A stretch of 64,000 bases of DNA from Octopus sinensis (taxonomy: Eukaryota): the NCBI RefSeq assembly GCF_006345805.1, contig NC_043013.1:496001-560000 (forward strand), read 5' to 3'. Shown here one piece after another: positions 24,308 through 37,354 of the stretch. The notes below the pieces were generated by a model. The model worked only from the letters and a program-made list of their open reading frames with translations. It ran no database searches and was not told the DNA's origin. The position numbers and the translations under genes are program-made. Positions within the stretch are counted from its first letter, which is position 1; every line of letters starts with the position of its first letter.

Positions 24308-24705
24308 TCTTTATATATAAAAGTGAAGTTGTGTGTCTGTCTCCTACGATTTAGATTCCTAACTACTTCCACATTTTGCGGTGCAGTTTAACCAAAAGCG
24401 GGTATCTTATAGTCGTGATTCATATTGAGCCCTTCTGGGTATTAGCGCGCGTCTATGATTAGTCTACGATTTAAAAAAAAATCTACCGTCATATTTTTCC
24501 ATTTTAATGCATTTTTCGCTATTATATAAGGGAAGTAACTCTCTAAAAATATCTACGATGTGTCAACGATTTAAAAAAAAAATTTACCTTAATTTTTTTT
24601 CCATTTTTAATGCATTTTTTTGCTATCTTTTGGCTATAACTCTCTAAAAGTGCTTATATAGTTATTTCCCTTACAAACCCGAGCAACGCCGGGCGATACT
24701 GCTAG
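24308..24705 (+). mobile_element. Non-autonomous Helitron (family A), second copy
   Basis: A|TCTTTATATATAAAAGTGA... to CCCGAGCAACGCCGGGCGATACTGCTAG|T; collinear with 22815-23204. Confidence 0.82.
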
Positions 24706-24717
24706 TCTTTATATATA

Positions 24718-24870
24718 GGCAGTGGGATGGCTCTGAGGTTAAGAAGTTTGCTTTTCAACCACATGGTTTCACATTCAGTCCCACTGTATGGCACCTTGGT
24801 CAAGGGTCTTCTACCATAGCCCTGGGCTGATAAAAACCTTGTGAGTGGATTTGAAAGAAAGCCCATCATA
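24718..24870 (+). mobile_element. Type C SINE 5' half
   Basis: GGTTAAGAAGTTTGCTTT.CAACCACATGGTT...GGCACCTTGG.CAAG. Confidence 0.7.
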
Positions 24871-24908
24871 TCTGTGTGTGTGTGTATGTGAGTGTGCATG
24901 TGTGTGTG

Positions 24909-24946
<38 letters not shown>

Positions 24947-24952
24947 ATATAT

Positions 24953-24983
<31 letters not shown>

Positions 24984-25348
24984 CTGTGTGTGTGTGTGTG
25001 TGTGTTTGTACACTGGTGTCTCCTTGTTTTGACACCACATGATGGTTGTAAATGATGTCAAGCAGTGTCATTCATTTCCAATGTTCAGCAAAAACATGTC
25101 TGGTCATGGAGAAATATTAATTGGCTTAGAAACAGATGAGGGATGGCTTCAGTGAGTCTGTTTGACCTGGAAGAGCAGAGGTTAAAATGATGATCATGAT
25201 AATGATGGTGTTGAATATGAATCAAGGAACAGGTTTTGGAGCTCTGTGTCTTTTTAATAGTATGGATAGAAAGCTATTGAGAAATTGTTGCTGAGATTAA
25301 AAAATTACTATTTTTAAATCTCACAAGAGATATTCAGCAACAATACTT

Positions 25349-25731
25349 TGTAGTAAAGATTGTTTGCCAACATAACATGGCAGTCCTGGTTTAGGACGAA
25401 TGTTGCTGTAATTTAGCCCCAGGAGACATTGTCTCCAGCTGGCAATACAACACGATCTGTGTCCTTATATTTTCAAACAAGGGAATCTAGCACCCCCTCT
25501 CAGCACAAAACGATATTTGTGTAAAGCAATTTCCGGGTTATTTCATCAGCACAGAATAATTGTTTGGCTAGAGCTGAGTGGCGGGTCCTAGATTCCCTTG
25601 TTTGAAAATATAAGGACCCAGATCATGTCGTATAGCCAGCTGGAGACAATGTCTCCTGGGGCTAAAATTACAGCAACATTCGTCCTAAACCAGGACTGCC
25701 ATGTTATGTTGGCAAATAATCTTTTACTCCA
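25349..25731. mobile_element. MITE with about 140 bp near-perfect inverted arms
   Basis: TGTAGTAAAGATTGTTTGCCAACATAACATGGCAGTCCTGGTTTAGGACGAATGTTGCTG...CAAGGGAATCTAG mirrored on the right; the arm recurs at 56743-56802. Confidence 0.88.
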
Positions 25732-26399
25732 GTTGCTGAGATGTTGAAATCTTTAAAATGAGTTGATTGTCATGAAGCTGATCAGCTACAAAAAAAAATC
25801 CAGCAGCCATAGGAGCCTGGACATTATCAATTGGGGGAACAGGTGAGACAGGGGGATATTAAGGTGATTCTCTGAAGACAGAGGGAACAAGAAGAAATAG
25901 ACGAGATAAAAGATGGAGACAACAATTGAACCCACCCTGTCACCCACTCCTTTGTAAAAGAAAGTTGAAGATGACAGCAGAAATAAAGTAGTAGTAGTAG
26001 TAGTAGTAGTAGTAAAAGATGTTGATGATGATGATGATGGTGGTGGTATATAAGGAAACAAAAATGGAAAAGGACAAGACTTAGAAAAAAGAAAAAAACG
26101 ATAAACTATTTTAATTTCAGGTTACAGCAAAGTATTTCAAGGAAACTAGCTCTAAATCTTTTTCTTTCACTTTTATTCTACAAATTATTATTATTTTTTT
26201 TTTGTTTTCCTTCTTTTATTTTCTTAGATAATCCCCCAAAATGAGAAAACGTAAAAACGTATCATATTAAATGACGGTGTTTGAATGAACCGAAATATTT
26301 GCAGATTAAGTTCCTATCCATTATCACTAATCTACTGCAGAATAGTCATTAATCCTTTTTTTCGAGATACGTGTTTTTTTCTTCTTCTCTTTCTTCCCC

Positions 26400-26583
26400 C
26401 ATCATTCTTACAGTGTGTTCGTGTAGAGGCGAGTGTCGTGTCAAGCAAGTGCCTGCTGCTCCTATATAAAGCCCCGCATCTAACCATTGTCCCTCTCTCT
26501 CTGCTTTGCTGCTGATTCTCGGTTGGTGGCGCGCGGTTATGTCCCTTCGCTGCCAGCGTCTCTCTGCCAGACACGGTTCGGTC
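26400..26583 (+). promoter_or_regulatory. Putative Spire promoter/5'UTR (CpG-retaining, TATATAAA at 26463-26470)
   Basis: Local GC/CpG enrichment against an AT-rich, CpG-poor background; TATA-like box about 115 nt upstream of the ATG. Confidence 0.45.
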
Positions 26584-26914
26584 ATGGCAGCGAACTGCGC
26601 CGCGGACGACGGATCCGACGAAGAGTCGACCACGAGAAGCCACAACAACCAGAATCGTATATCTTTGGCAAGAGTTTTAAAGATATTCACTAGCTCCATT
26701 AGCGAAGAACAGGCTTGGGCTATATGTAACCAGTGTAGTAAATATTTCTTAAATACAAATTCCAAGCACAATGGTTATCGGATTCTGACCAAGCATCGCC
26801 TCGACGGTCTCCACATCCAAAAAGACGGCGAAGTCGTCATTAAAAGCCCCCAATTAAGCAGAAGGAAAGAGGATAATTATAGCCATACACCAGAGGAACA
26901 TATCTCAGAAAGTG
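26584..26914 (+). CDS. SPIRE: Spire-family actin nucleator, first coding exon (N-terminal KIND domain)
   Basis: GTCATGG start context; ISLARVLKIFTSSISEEQAWAICNQC...LHIQKDGEV matches the Spire KIND ([26 protein letters not shown]...WRDGAV); GTAATG donor at 26915, phase 1. Confidence 0.8.
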
Positions 26915-29900
26915 GTAATGTTGTTTTTCTATTTTATTTCTCTCTCTTTGAATTCTTTTCAGTAATTATTAAATACAGGAGACTTGGTTATTAAAAACCA
27001 ATTCTCTGTGTTTTTCCCGAACCTCACAAAACACAACACAAAACACCTGCTGCATCTCTCCTCGCTTCCTTAAAAAACAAACAGCATCTCAACCACACAC
27101 ACACACACACACACATGGTGCTACAAAGAATTACGGTGAAATAATTGAGGTTTTCTCTTTCGTCTCACTTATTTTTTAGGTTTCTAATTAATTAACTCCG
27201 CATCCACTCCTTTCAACATTAACGAATGTTTTTCCTTCCTAATTACTTCTTTATCGTAGTTTAAGGTCACCGAATGCTTACATTCCAACACTTAAATATC
27301 CAATAAGTTGCTCCTCTTTTCATGTCTTCCTTAATTTTTCTTTTAATGTTGACGACGCAATTTAAATACAATTTAGAATTGCATTTAAAAAAAAAATGAT
27401 TCGAAGAATTTACTTGTTTGGTTTGAATTTTTATTGCAGTCATCCTGTCTCCTTGTCTTTTGACTTGTTTTTGTCTTTTCATTAAACCTTGCAAACAGTT
27501 CTTTGCTGACCGCTGCAGGTTGTTCACCTCTTTTCACATTTGGCTTTGGTCCATTCATTAGGAGAGGAGGAAAAACTTGTTGCATTTTTTTGGAGGGGAA
27601 AGAATCTCTCCGTTTTTTCCCTCTCAATTTATTTTAACAGAACTGAACATTTCTGTGTTTTCTTTAGGCAACTGCTTTTTTTTTTTGTTAACTCCCGAGA
27701 ACTTGCAAATAGTTTTTTTTAGTTGATTTGTGAGGTTTATTTTTTGTAGATTCATAACAATACTTATTTGGTATAAACCAAAGCATTCTACTCGGACAAA
27801 TTCTAAAACTATATTTAACAAATACAACAAAACAAAACTATTAAATCAGCAAAGTTAAATTTTTATATTTAATTGTTCATGTTCCTCACTGGAAACTAAT
27901 TTAGAGCTTAACTTTAATTGGAAATGAAATTTTGAATGAATGAATCGGTTGTACTCTTCCGTTTCTATCCAATCTGTAATTTCCTATAAAGCAATTAACG
28001 ATACAATTGATGTCCTAGTCTGCCTCACCGAGTACAAACATCTATTTTCCTCTTGTCGCACCATCCTCTCCTATTAATTAATTAATTCTATTTAACGTTG
28101 CTTTCTTTTATTACATTAATCCAACCGGCTTCTTGTTCAGTTGGTCCCAACAGTCTCCACTTGAATTTGTATTCGATAAAATAGAATTATATTTGCTATT
28201 CGGTGGAAGCTGCGCTGATATTTTCAACCAAAGAAGCTATTTATAGATTTATTTTACTTGTAAATACACTTTCTAATGTAACCTAAGCTGAAATGCTTTA
28301 GTATCGACTACCAAAACATCAACGCAATAATTGTTTTAGTAAAACCTGTCATTCGCTTCTTCTTTCACTCTTTTTATTTTTTTCTCTCTCTCACCTTCGG
28401 CTATTTCTTGAATGGATTCAAATATGAGAAGCAGAACATTTAGGATTTCTGCATTTGATTATCTGAATGCACCTTCCCACTCGTTGTTTACGAAACAAGC
28501 CTTGTGTTTATCGTGACTGAAGAATCTGAAATAACTGCTAATTGCTTTGTCAGGTGCTTGGTTACCAGTTAATAAAACAACAAACGATGGTGTTTGTTGT
28601 GGGAATTACTTCTATTTTTAGTAACCAGATAGTTTTGCTTTTGTAATTTAGTTTTTGCTTCGGTAAGCTTCACCTGTGAACATTTCATCCCATAGATTGA
28701 TATGAAGCAGAAAATACGGTCGTCATGTATTTTCATAAAGTTTATGTATTCAGTGGAGCTGTTAAATTACTTTCACTTTCAAAAATAACTTTGTACAGTT
28801 GTGTCGGCTTTTATGAAATACATAGAATCTGAATTAAAACTATTTTCAGGAGACTTATAGAAAAATCGGTTAGTATGCTGCGACAAGTATTTACAATCGA
28901 TTTGGATCGGCCTTCATTAAAGGACGAAGGCATCTCTGCACCAATATAACTTGATATATATTATTGAACTGGTTTCTTCGATGCAGATCACTAGTTCCCT
29001 TCTGTCCTGGTGCTTGTGTGTGTGTGTGTGTGTGTGTTGTTTCTGTGTAAATATATAAGAATTGCACTGTTCAGTGGGTATTTTCATATTTTAAAACGCT
29101 AAGGTGTGATTTAAAAGGAATTTGACTGCTATTTCTAGCAAGTCGAGCAGGTGCAAGCTGTGTTTCGGTTCTATCTACATATACTTTCATTAGCATCATT
29201 ATATATATTATATAACCATGCGTGGGCCAGCGCCTTGGAAACGAACTTTCTAGGTGCTAATACTTGCTCATCCCTAATCTACGCTAACCCTTAGCTTTAG
29301 CTAAATCTTTGAAGATTACAGATGATTTAGCGAAATCAAAGGAGAACTTGAGTCGTGTTTTTGAAATGGTGAGGGTTCATCTCACATTTTTCGTTCAAAT
29401 TTTACGATTTGTTGTCTATTTTTAATTATCTGTTTTAGAGAAATGGAATTTGCCGAGAATATGATGGTAGAATAGCAATATGACATTCAGGACTATACAA
29501 ACTTGTTTTGTATTGTCTATTCCTTTTCACCTGTTATTGAATTGCAATCTTTGTCTACTGGTGGTAGGAATTCATTTTCTACCTGTTGAAATTTAATGTA
29601 TGGAATTATTGAGTAAATTCAGTGATTTCATTAAAATATAGTCAAACCTGAAATCTTCGGAACAATGGTTTTTGTGGATCGGCATTTGAAGTTTGTTTGA
29701 AAAATGATGAATGTAACAAATCATTGATTTCATTTGTTAATAAAGAATATTGTGATCATAACTTCTCTATTTTATTTAAATTACACGACCAGGGTGTAAA
29801 GTATTGTTTCAGAATGCTTTACACAGTTTCAATTTGGTGTCTGATATTAATAGGAAGTTAAAACCAATTTTTTTTTTATCCCTGTTACATTTTTGCTTAA

Positions 29901-32854
29901 TGATACTGAAAATAAAATGTAACCAAGTAAAACTGATTTCAACTCATCACTATCATTTCTGTTGAATACATTTGTCTTAATAAGTATTAGTCCTATTTTA
30001 GTAGTTTGCTCTTGCTGGCCAAATTTCGTAATTCTAAATAATTACTTTGATGTATTTAGCCTTGACACCATTTCCTTCCCGTCTATAATGTCTCAATTGG
30101 TATCAATTTGGTGTTTCACTCGAATATTCTAAACATCATTGGTTTACAATAGCTTACTTAACTCGTGTGTGAATGAATTCTCCCTCAACTGTTCATATTT
30201 AATTAATCCCTACGTCTCATCTTAGTAATTAAAGGACATTCCCGCTCTTTCATCGAAACACATCATAAGCACTTATTCATTTCGTTGTTAGTTGGAATAG
30301 GAAATTTATTTTTAACTGAATTTACCTGTAAACATTATCACATGAAAAGCATGATAATGTTTATAACTATATACACACACACGCACATGATCTTCCTTAC
30401 CTACATACGCATAATTTATTTTTCGTTATTGAGAAATCGTAACTGCTTCGATCTAGCCAGCCTCTAATCAAAGGTGTTACCAGCTGGAACCATTCACTTT
30501 GTTTACATTATCAGGGACCACATCAGTGTTTCGTCTTTTTTTTTTTTTTTGTTAAGTAGAATGTGATTTGTTCAAGGGTATGCGTGTATGTATGTATGTT
30601 ACACTAAACATTGTCCATTGTTGTTGATATTTTCATTGATTTTGAGGACTCTGTAGTGATTGCCCACCACAGACCAGTGTTTTTAGCAATTCTACTTTAA
30701 GTGAACTAATTGTTTTAATGAGCAGTTTTAAGTGTATGCCCTCCTTTATCCAGTCAATCAAAGGTGTCCATTATTAGCTGACCGCCAGTTTAGGCAGTTG
30801 TCCTCTTCTCTGCAAGACTGTTATTAAATAAAACTGCAAAGGAAAGAAAATAGACTGATTATCAGCAATTATTTTATATTATGATAACTGAAACTTGTTA
30901 CTGTTGTGTAATTATGGTGCAGTGATAAGATGGAGTGTTAAAAAAAACATACAAATGAAATGTATAGAAAAACGTAAAATTGTTATAATTAGAAGAAAAT
31001 ATTCCTGACATAGAATTCAGTCGTCTTCATCTTGAAGCTAAATTGCTTTATTCCTCCCTTCTTTTTATCGTTTTAAAACAACCCCTCCACTATAATTTAT
31101 AATTAACATAATCAAGTTTCTACTGCATCATAACACGAGCCAGAAAGTCGCAAATACACAATTTTGTCTTTTCTATGAAGTCAGCTTTATAGTTAACCTG
31201 GCATAATTTAGCACTAGCTTGGGGTCCAATTTTAATCTATGTATGTTGTGGCTTGCTGTCAGTAAGATAAATACTATAGGGCCCGTATCAGTGATTTGAA
31301 TCGGGATCCTACAATGCTGTCAAGACGGCACTGGCCATAATAGAAATTTGTTTTAAAAAATAGCTTCCTCAATTTTAACATTTTTAAATGACGTTCAAAT
31401 GGCTTTTCTTTCTTTATCTTTGTTTATTAAAAAAATTACCATTGTAAATTGTTATGAAGTAATTTTTTGACCAGTTATAAAATAGATCTTATTCTTTTCG
31501 ATACTTCGTGGTATATTCGAGATGAAAGGAAAAATTAACGGGCGCCCTTTGCACCCAGTCATGATCAGCACGTTTTTCAAGATGCGCAACCTTTAGCCTC
31601 TATATTTCTAAAGCCTTAAGTTATATTTAAAAACCTTTGACGCACCTTTTCAGAACAATTAGTGTGTGAGAGAGGTTGGGTAGAAACGAAACAATCGCCT
31701 TTGTTACAGATTCTTAAGGTACACTAGATTGATGACTGAATTCTTTCGTTTTTTTTCTTCACTGTAATGTACAATTAAATTCTGGCACGTGCAGTTGAAT
31801 TTTTTTTGGGGGGGACTGTAGACATTATACTGTTTGTGGTTGGACTCTGAACAATGGCTAACTCGAATAGTTATTTAATATATCATAGTATTCCAGTCTG
31901 CGGACCAACTTTTTGACTGTTGAAATACAATATTTGTTTGTTGTTTAACTTTAGGTCAGTTCTGATTAGGTATGCATATGATCAGAACGTTCCATTCATG
32001 GTCATCTTTATTTCGGCCAATGAATCCAATATGGTGTTGCATTTTGAAGATTGCAAGGAGTCGCTTGAGAACAATTCAACTGTTATTTCTTGCTTTAGTG
32101 ATCCAATTAAAATATTATAGTCATTATTAAATAGATTCATAAATCTCTATTTATAATTATACTCTATACGGTGTGAAACTGCTAGTCACAAGTTTAACCT
32201 ATATTCCATGTTCTTGAGCAAGTGACTTTGCTCTTTGAGGCTCTGATATACTGCCAAGAGTTAAGCAGAAAGTGGAGGGGTGATCAGGAGTCAAGACTTC
32301 ACTTGACAATTTGGTGAATTGTTCATAGTTTATTCTTTAACGTTGATCCGTGAAATCTCTTCGGACCCTTTTATCTACTCTTTAACAGGTTAAAGGATCA
32401 CCGATTTTTGTATTTTTCATTTTGCAGTCTGTAAGATTGTTTTGCTTGTTGGTCGTTTGAATAAACGTGTTTGACTACATCATTTTTTTGCTCATTTGAA
32501 CGCAACTAGTTTGCTCCATGTCACACACTGCTAAACTTATTAGGACCAAATGTTGTGCAAAAGTACTTGGGAGAAAAGGATTAAACTTGTATTTAACATT
32601 AGTTTGGGGGTTAAAATAAAGGATTAATATTTCATTGTGTCAAAATGGAATTCTATATGAATAATCAGTTTATATTCTGGCTCAACAACGGTTTCATTTA
32701 AACTTTGACTTTAGAAATATTTTTTCATACACGCATAACATTAATCCAAATTCCTTTAGATAAGCTTTCTTTTATAATACTTGATAAATTTTGTTAGAAC
32801 TTATATTACATTATTTACATTTGACTGATATTTGTCCTCATCTTGTTTGTTGTT

Positions 32855-32897
32855 AACACATTTCGGCTGATATATCCTCCAGCCTTCATCAGGTGTC
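32855..32897 (-). ncRNA. Hammerhead copy with a 3 nt deletion in stem III (likely inactive)
   Basis: Minus strand GACAC-CTGATGA-A-GGCTG..CAGCC-GAAA-TGTGTT, lacking CGT. Confidence 0.6.
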
Positions 32898-33114
32898 TTG
32901 GGGAAATTTCGAACCTGGGTTCTCATTCCTAAGGTATTTTTCAATGTTGTTATTATCATTATTTAGGTCACTGCCTGGGAATAGTGGTTAAGAGCGCGGG
33001 CTACTAACCCCAAGATTCTGAGCTCGATTCCAAGCAGTAAACTTAATAATAATATTAATATAACATTGAAAAATACCTTACGAATGAGAACCCAGGTCTG
33101 AAATTTTCCCCCAA

Positions 33115-33160
33115 GACACCTGATGAAGGCTGGAGGGTATATCAGCCGAAACGTTGTGTT
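33115..33160 (+). ncRNA. Minimal type I hammerhead ribozyme, intact core
   Basis: GACAC-CTGATGA-A-GGCTG[GAGGGTATAT]CAGCC-GAAA-C-G-T-T-GTGTT: stem I GACAC/GTGTT, 5 bp stem II, palindromic ACGT stem III, predicted cleavage after 33155. Confidence 0.78.
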
Positions 33161-35479
33161 AACAACAAACAAGATGAGGACAAATATCAGTCAAATGTAC
33201 ATAATTCCTCATCTCTTAAACAGAACTGTAGAACTTATCTTGTTTGAAATTATATCTACAATGAATCTGTTTTTGAATTAGTTGCGGTTAAAAACTTGCA
33301 TTTCTATTTGGCTTTGAGAGAACTATTCACTAGCGCTTGATGCGCAAAATCTCCATTTATTTTTCAGATTCAATTAAAACTTTTTCTTTTTTTTTCTTCT
33401 AACTTTATTCAATTTATTTTCACGCTAATGACTCAGCTCTAACGATAGATTAAATGTTTGAAAGCATGTTCATTCAATTTTAAATAGCGCCTCCATTATT
33501 TGGTTAGGATGGGAAGACAAGGATAGACAACATAACATACTAAAAGCTTTTAAATAAGTTCCTAGGCTGGGGCAGCAGTTTTTATTTTAAATTTTGTGTC
33601 ATTTTAATTTCCTGTGCTGCGATCTTATTTTTTAACACACACGCGCGCTCGCGTGCACACAATTTTTCACTATAGTTTTGTTTCACTATAGTTTTAATAT
33701 TTTTGGAAAGTTATGCTAAACGAATTGATGTGGGTTTGGGAAATTTTAAAGCAAACGGATCCTTTGTCAGAGAAGTGATGCAGGAGTTTTTGTGATTTGT
33801 CATTAAAAAAAATGTTCAAAAATGTTAACCCTAAATTCAAAAGCAGCAGTTTTGATGCAATTAAAAAAAATTTATATCTTGTCAATTTCATCATTATAAT
33901 CATTATTAAAGCTAATTTCCATATGAATTAGTCATATTAATTTGTCGAGTGATAAAACTTACTGCCCCCCCCCCCCGCCTTTTTTTTTGTGACTGTTTTC
34001 ATATGAATTATTGTTGAGTCTGTTTTCACTTGCAATGGATTTTTTGCTGCTGCTTTTGTCACAATTTTCCTGCTTAGATCTCGTTTAATATCACCAGTCT
34101 TGCATGACAACAATAACACTTGATGTTGTGTAATGATCTGATTCCAAATCTCTTCTGCATTCTCTTGCAAATTCCTTTATTATCTGGCTAATCGCATGGC
34201 CATTTGACATTCATTCATATTACATTTAAGTGCATTTGTGTATTATTTATCAGATAAACTTAGATATATCACCACTCAGTAACCTTTCTTATTCTCACAT
34301 GTCTTTCACATGACAGCTAATTTCCATTCTGATTTTCTTCTTCCACCTTTCCCCATCAGATATGGTATTATGCACACATTTTACCATTCATTCCTCTGCA
34401 TTCTCTCAGCATCACTCATCATTTCCATCACGTTTCCCTTCCATTCGTAGTAATTATCAGCGCCTAGCCTATATTTATTTACTCGCCGTTCATTCATTCA
34501 TTCATTCGTACTTTTATTCTTCTCTGTTGTTTGCGTGTGTAAACAATAAATACTTTGGTTTCAGATTATCCTAACAATTTCAATTTATTTTGTTATTTTG
34601 TTCTCCTTGTATTAACGCAACCAACGTTCGTTTTTTTCTTTCTTCTTTTTCATGTTTTATTGCAGACTCCTTCTGCCATATTTACATTCGCATGAATAAA
34701 TTTTACTTGAACATTTTCTAGTTATTCATATTGACATTTCATTACGGAAACAAGAAGAACAAACGACACAATCATTCGAGCATCGGGTAGAAATATTTTG
34801 AAGTATTTCTTCCAGCTCTTTATGTCTAAGTTCAAATTCCGCAGAAGTCAGCTTTGCCATTTTATCCTTCCGGGCCGATAAAATGACGTATCGGTCAAGT
34901 ACTTGGGTCAATCGTATTGCTGGACCTTTGGCCTCATTTACAAGTGATTGTTTTGAGAAGTAATCAACAATGTAATCGATGCTGAGTTCTTTTGAATCGT
35001 TTTTTCTTTCTTTATAAAGAAAACAGTTTAATTAAATTTAATAGGAATAATTATATAGGAAGTGACAATCTTGGTTTATTACTGGTATTAATTAGTCAAG
35101 TTTATTTCAATGTTGAGAAACTATACTTTATAGACTTTGCAGATCTCAACTTTAGCAAAAGTGTTCTTAAACACCTGCTAACGTATTTTGTGCCCTCTTT
35201 TAGCTTCAGACTTTCGCTACAAACACTTTTACCTTGATTAATGTCGTTACATAGTTTTTTTTTTTTTTGTTTTTTGCCGGCATTAACATGTTCCAATTTG
35301 GTCAAACAAACAAACAAAGAAAACCTTCTGTCAAGTCACCTACTCAGGGCAGCAGTCGTATAACCCTAAACACTTCCTACCATCTTTTAAAATGAAAATG
35401 ACGTGTTGAAACTTGTAAAGTTTAGTCTTATTTGTCCAACGATAAATGCAAGAAGTCTCTAGTGAGAACACTGAAGGAA

Positions 35480-36175
35480 TCTTCACCATTTAACGTTCGT
35501 TTTCCATGCTGGTTTGACAGGAGCTGACAAGCTGGGGAGCCATACCAAACAACACCGTCTAGTTTGGCATGGTTTTTATGACTGGATGCCCTTCCTAAAC
35601 ATCAACCACTTTACTGGGTGCTTTTTATGTGTCACCAGCACTGGTAAGGTCTGATTTGGCATGGTTTTTCAGATTTATCTTGATACTATAGAATTATTCA
35701 ACTGGTGCTGGCCAAACTGACATACTATAAACCACCACCTCTCACTGAATTTACATTTTCAAAAATTTAAAAGCAAATTTTATAACTTGAACTAAGCTCT
35801 ACTGGCCAGTCCAACAGTTTGATGGCATTACGCAAATAAGGTTGCAGCCAACTGGCTGGGGACCAGTAAAAAACTATTCAGTTCACTTTTTGTATTCAAA
35901 CAATGGAAGGGAATGGATTAGCAGTCCCAATAATGGGCTTTGGGGTATTTAGTTACATCTGGTTGTGTCCAATTCAATTTTACATCATCATCATCATCAT
36001 ATGTCCACGTTCTATGCTGGCATGGGTTGTATGGTTTGACAGGAACCAATGTGTCCAAGGACTGCATCAAACTCTGTCAGCTTTTGCATGGTTCCCACGG
36101 TTAGATGCCCTTCCTAACGTCAACCACTTTACAGTGTGGGCTGGGTCCCTTTTTTTTTTTTCATGTCACCTGCAC
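35480..36175 (-). mobile_element. Two RTE-type tail fragments (about 35480-35670 and 35985-36175)
   Basis: TTTCCATGCTGG / TGCTGGCATGGGTTG...GGATGCCCTTCCTAAC motifs. Confidence 0.65.
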
Positions 36176-37300
36176 TTTTGAGATTGTCCTACAGTTTGCA
36201 GCAGGATTTGCAAACCCTGGAGTAGATGGGAAGAGGTTTCTGCAGAGCCATCTGTATAGCTGCTCACACCTAGTCTGGAAAAAAAAAATCCTTCCAGAAT
36301 CTATAAGTACCAGTTAAATACTTGGGTTTAAGTTTCCCACAAAATTTGTTTGAAATTATATTTCTTTTATGCTTATATTTTACCTTATTTTTTTTTATTT
36401 CTTCACATCAAAAATGCTTTTGAAATATTACTTGAGATTCCATACATTAAAATAGTTTTCAACTGACCATTCTTTTGACTTTGACAGTTTCTTGAAAGTT
36501 AAAAATCTCAAATCCTCATAATCTGCTTTCTATTATGAATGATGGACATGTTTTTATTACTGAAGAACTGTTGGAAAATTTAGTAAGGCCTTTGGTATAT
36601 TTTAAGTTTTCTTTGTATTCTATAATGATCCGGTCAGAGATTCCCCCCTTTCCTCCATCTGGAGGTTTTTCTGTTCCATATCAACTAAGTAACCTGTAGT
36701 ATGCAGTTGGTGTTTGATTGACTTGATAATAGAGACCACCTCTCACCTATCAGTTTACCTACCTGGCTGTCATCTGGAATTTTCTTGAGTATAAATTTGT
36801 TTTTAGAACAAACACTTTACTGTTTACCTAAGCAATTCGCTACTATGTAACTGGGTAGATAACTAACTAATAATATATGTACAAGTAATATGAGTATAAA
36901 TATAAATGGAATGTTAGCTAGATGCAGCAGCAGCTAAGAATAGTTGATGTTTTAGCATCACAAACACTCTGATAATCTGGCCAGCTACTATCTTCTTCAT
37001 TGTTTTCTGTTAGGATTTGCAAAGATTAGATTTTATTTTCGTCTCCTATGAGTAGTAACTTTCTGATTGACTTTAAGGGTTCCTAATTTGTCAGTCAGTA
37101 TGTACCTGGGTCTTCACTGACTTCATATTATTTCTTAATCTGTTCAAAATAATTATTGCTTTGAAGGTTTACGAAGTGTTTTTTTTTTTTTTTTGGTCAT
37201 ATTGATTCTACAACTCTCTTACCAAATCACACATTTTCCATTTTTATTGTTATGTGTCTGTGGTGTTAGAAGCCTTTTTATCTGTCTTGGTACCACTTAG

Positions 37301-37354
<54 letters not shown>

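Larger units (their letters stand above)
32805..33228. mobile_element. Head-to-head inverted dimer of a tRNA-headed, hammerhead-bearing element (locus 1)
   Basis: Left arm (-) and right arm (+) are reverse complements; tRNA-like head at about 32981-33040; flanked by TAGAACTTAT direct repeats (32795-32804, 33229-33238). Confidence 0.85.

Noticed and set aside
26584-26914. Alternative KIND-domain identities (PTPN13, FRMPD2, KNDC1)
   Set aside because: EEQAWAIC.QC and the DG.V motif fit Spire better than the EEEIWAVL pattern of PTPN13-type KINDs; not fully excluded without downstream exons.
32981-33040. Possible genuine tRNA gene (also 39407-39550, 16085-16170, 48490-48545)
   Set aside because: No proper acceptor stem or oligo-T terminator, a non-standard ACT anticodon in family 1, and each continues into a repeat body; these are SINE-type heads.
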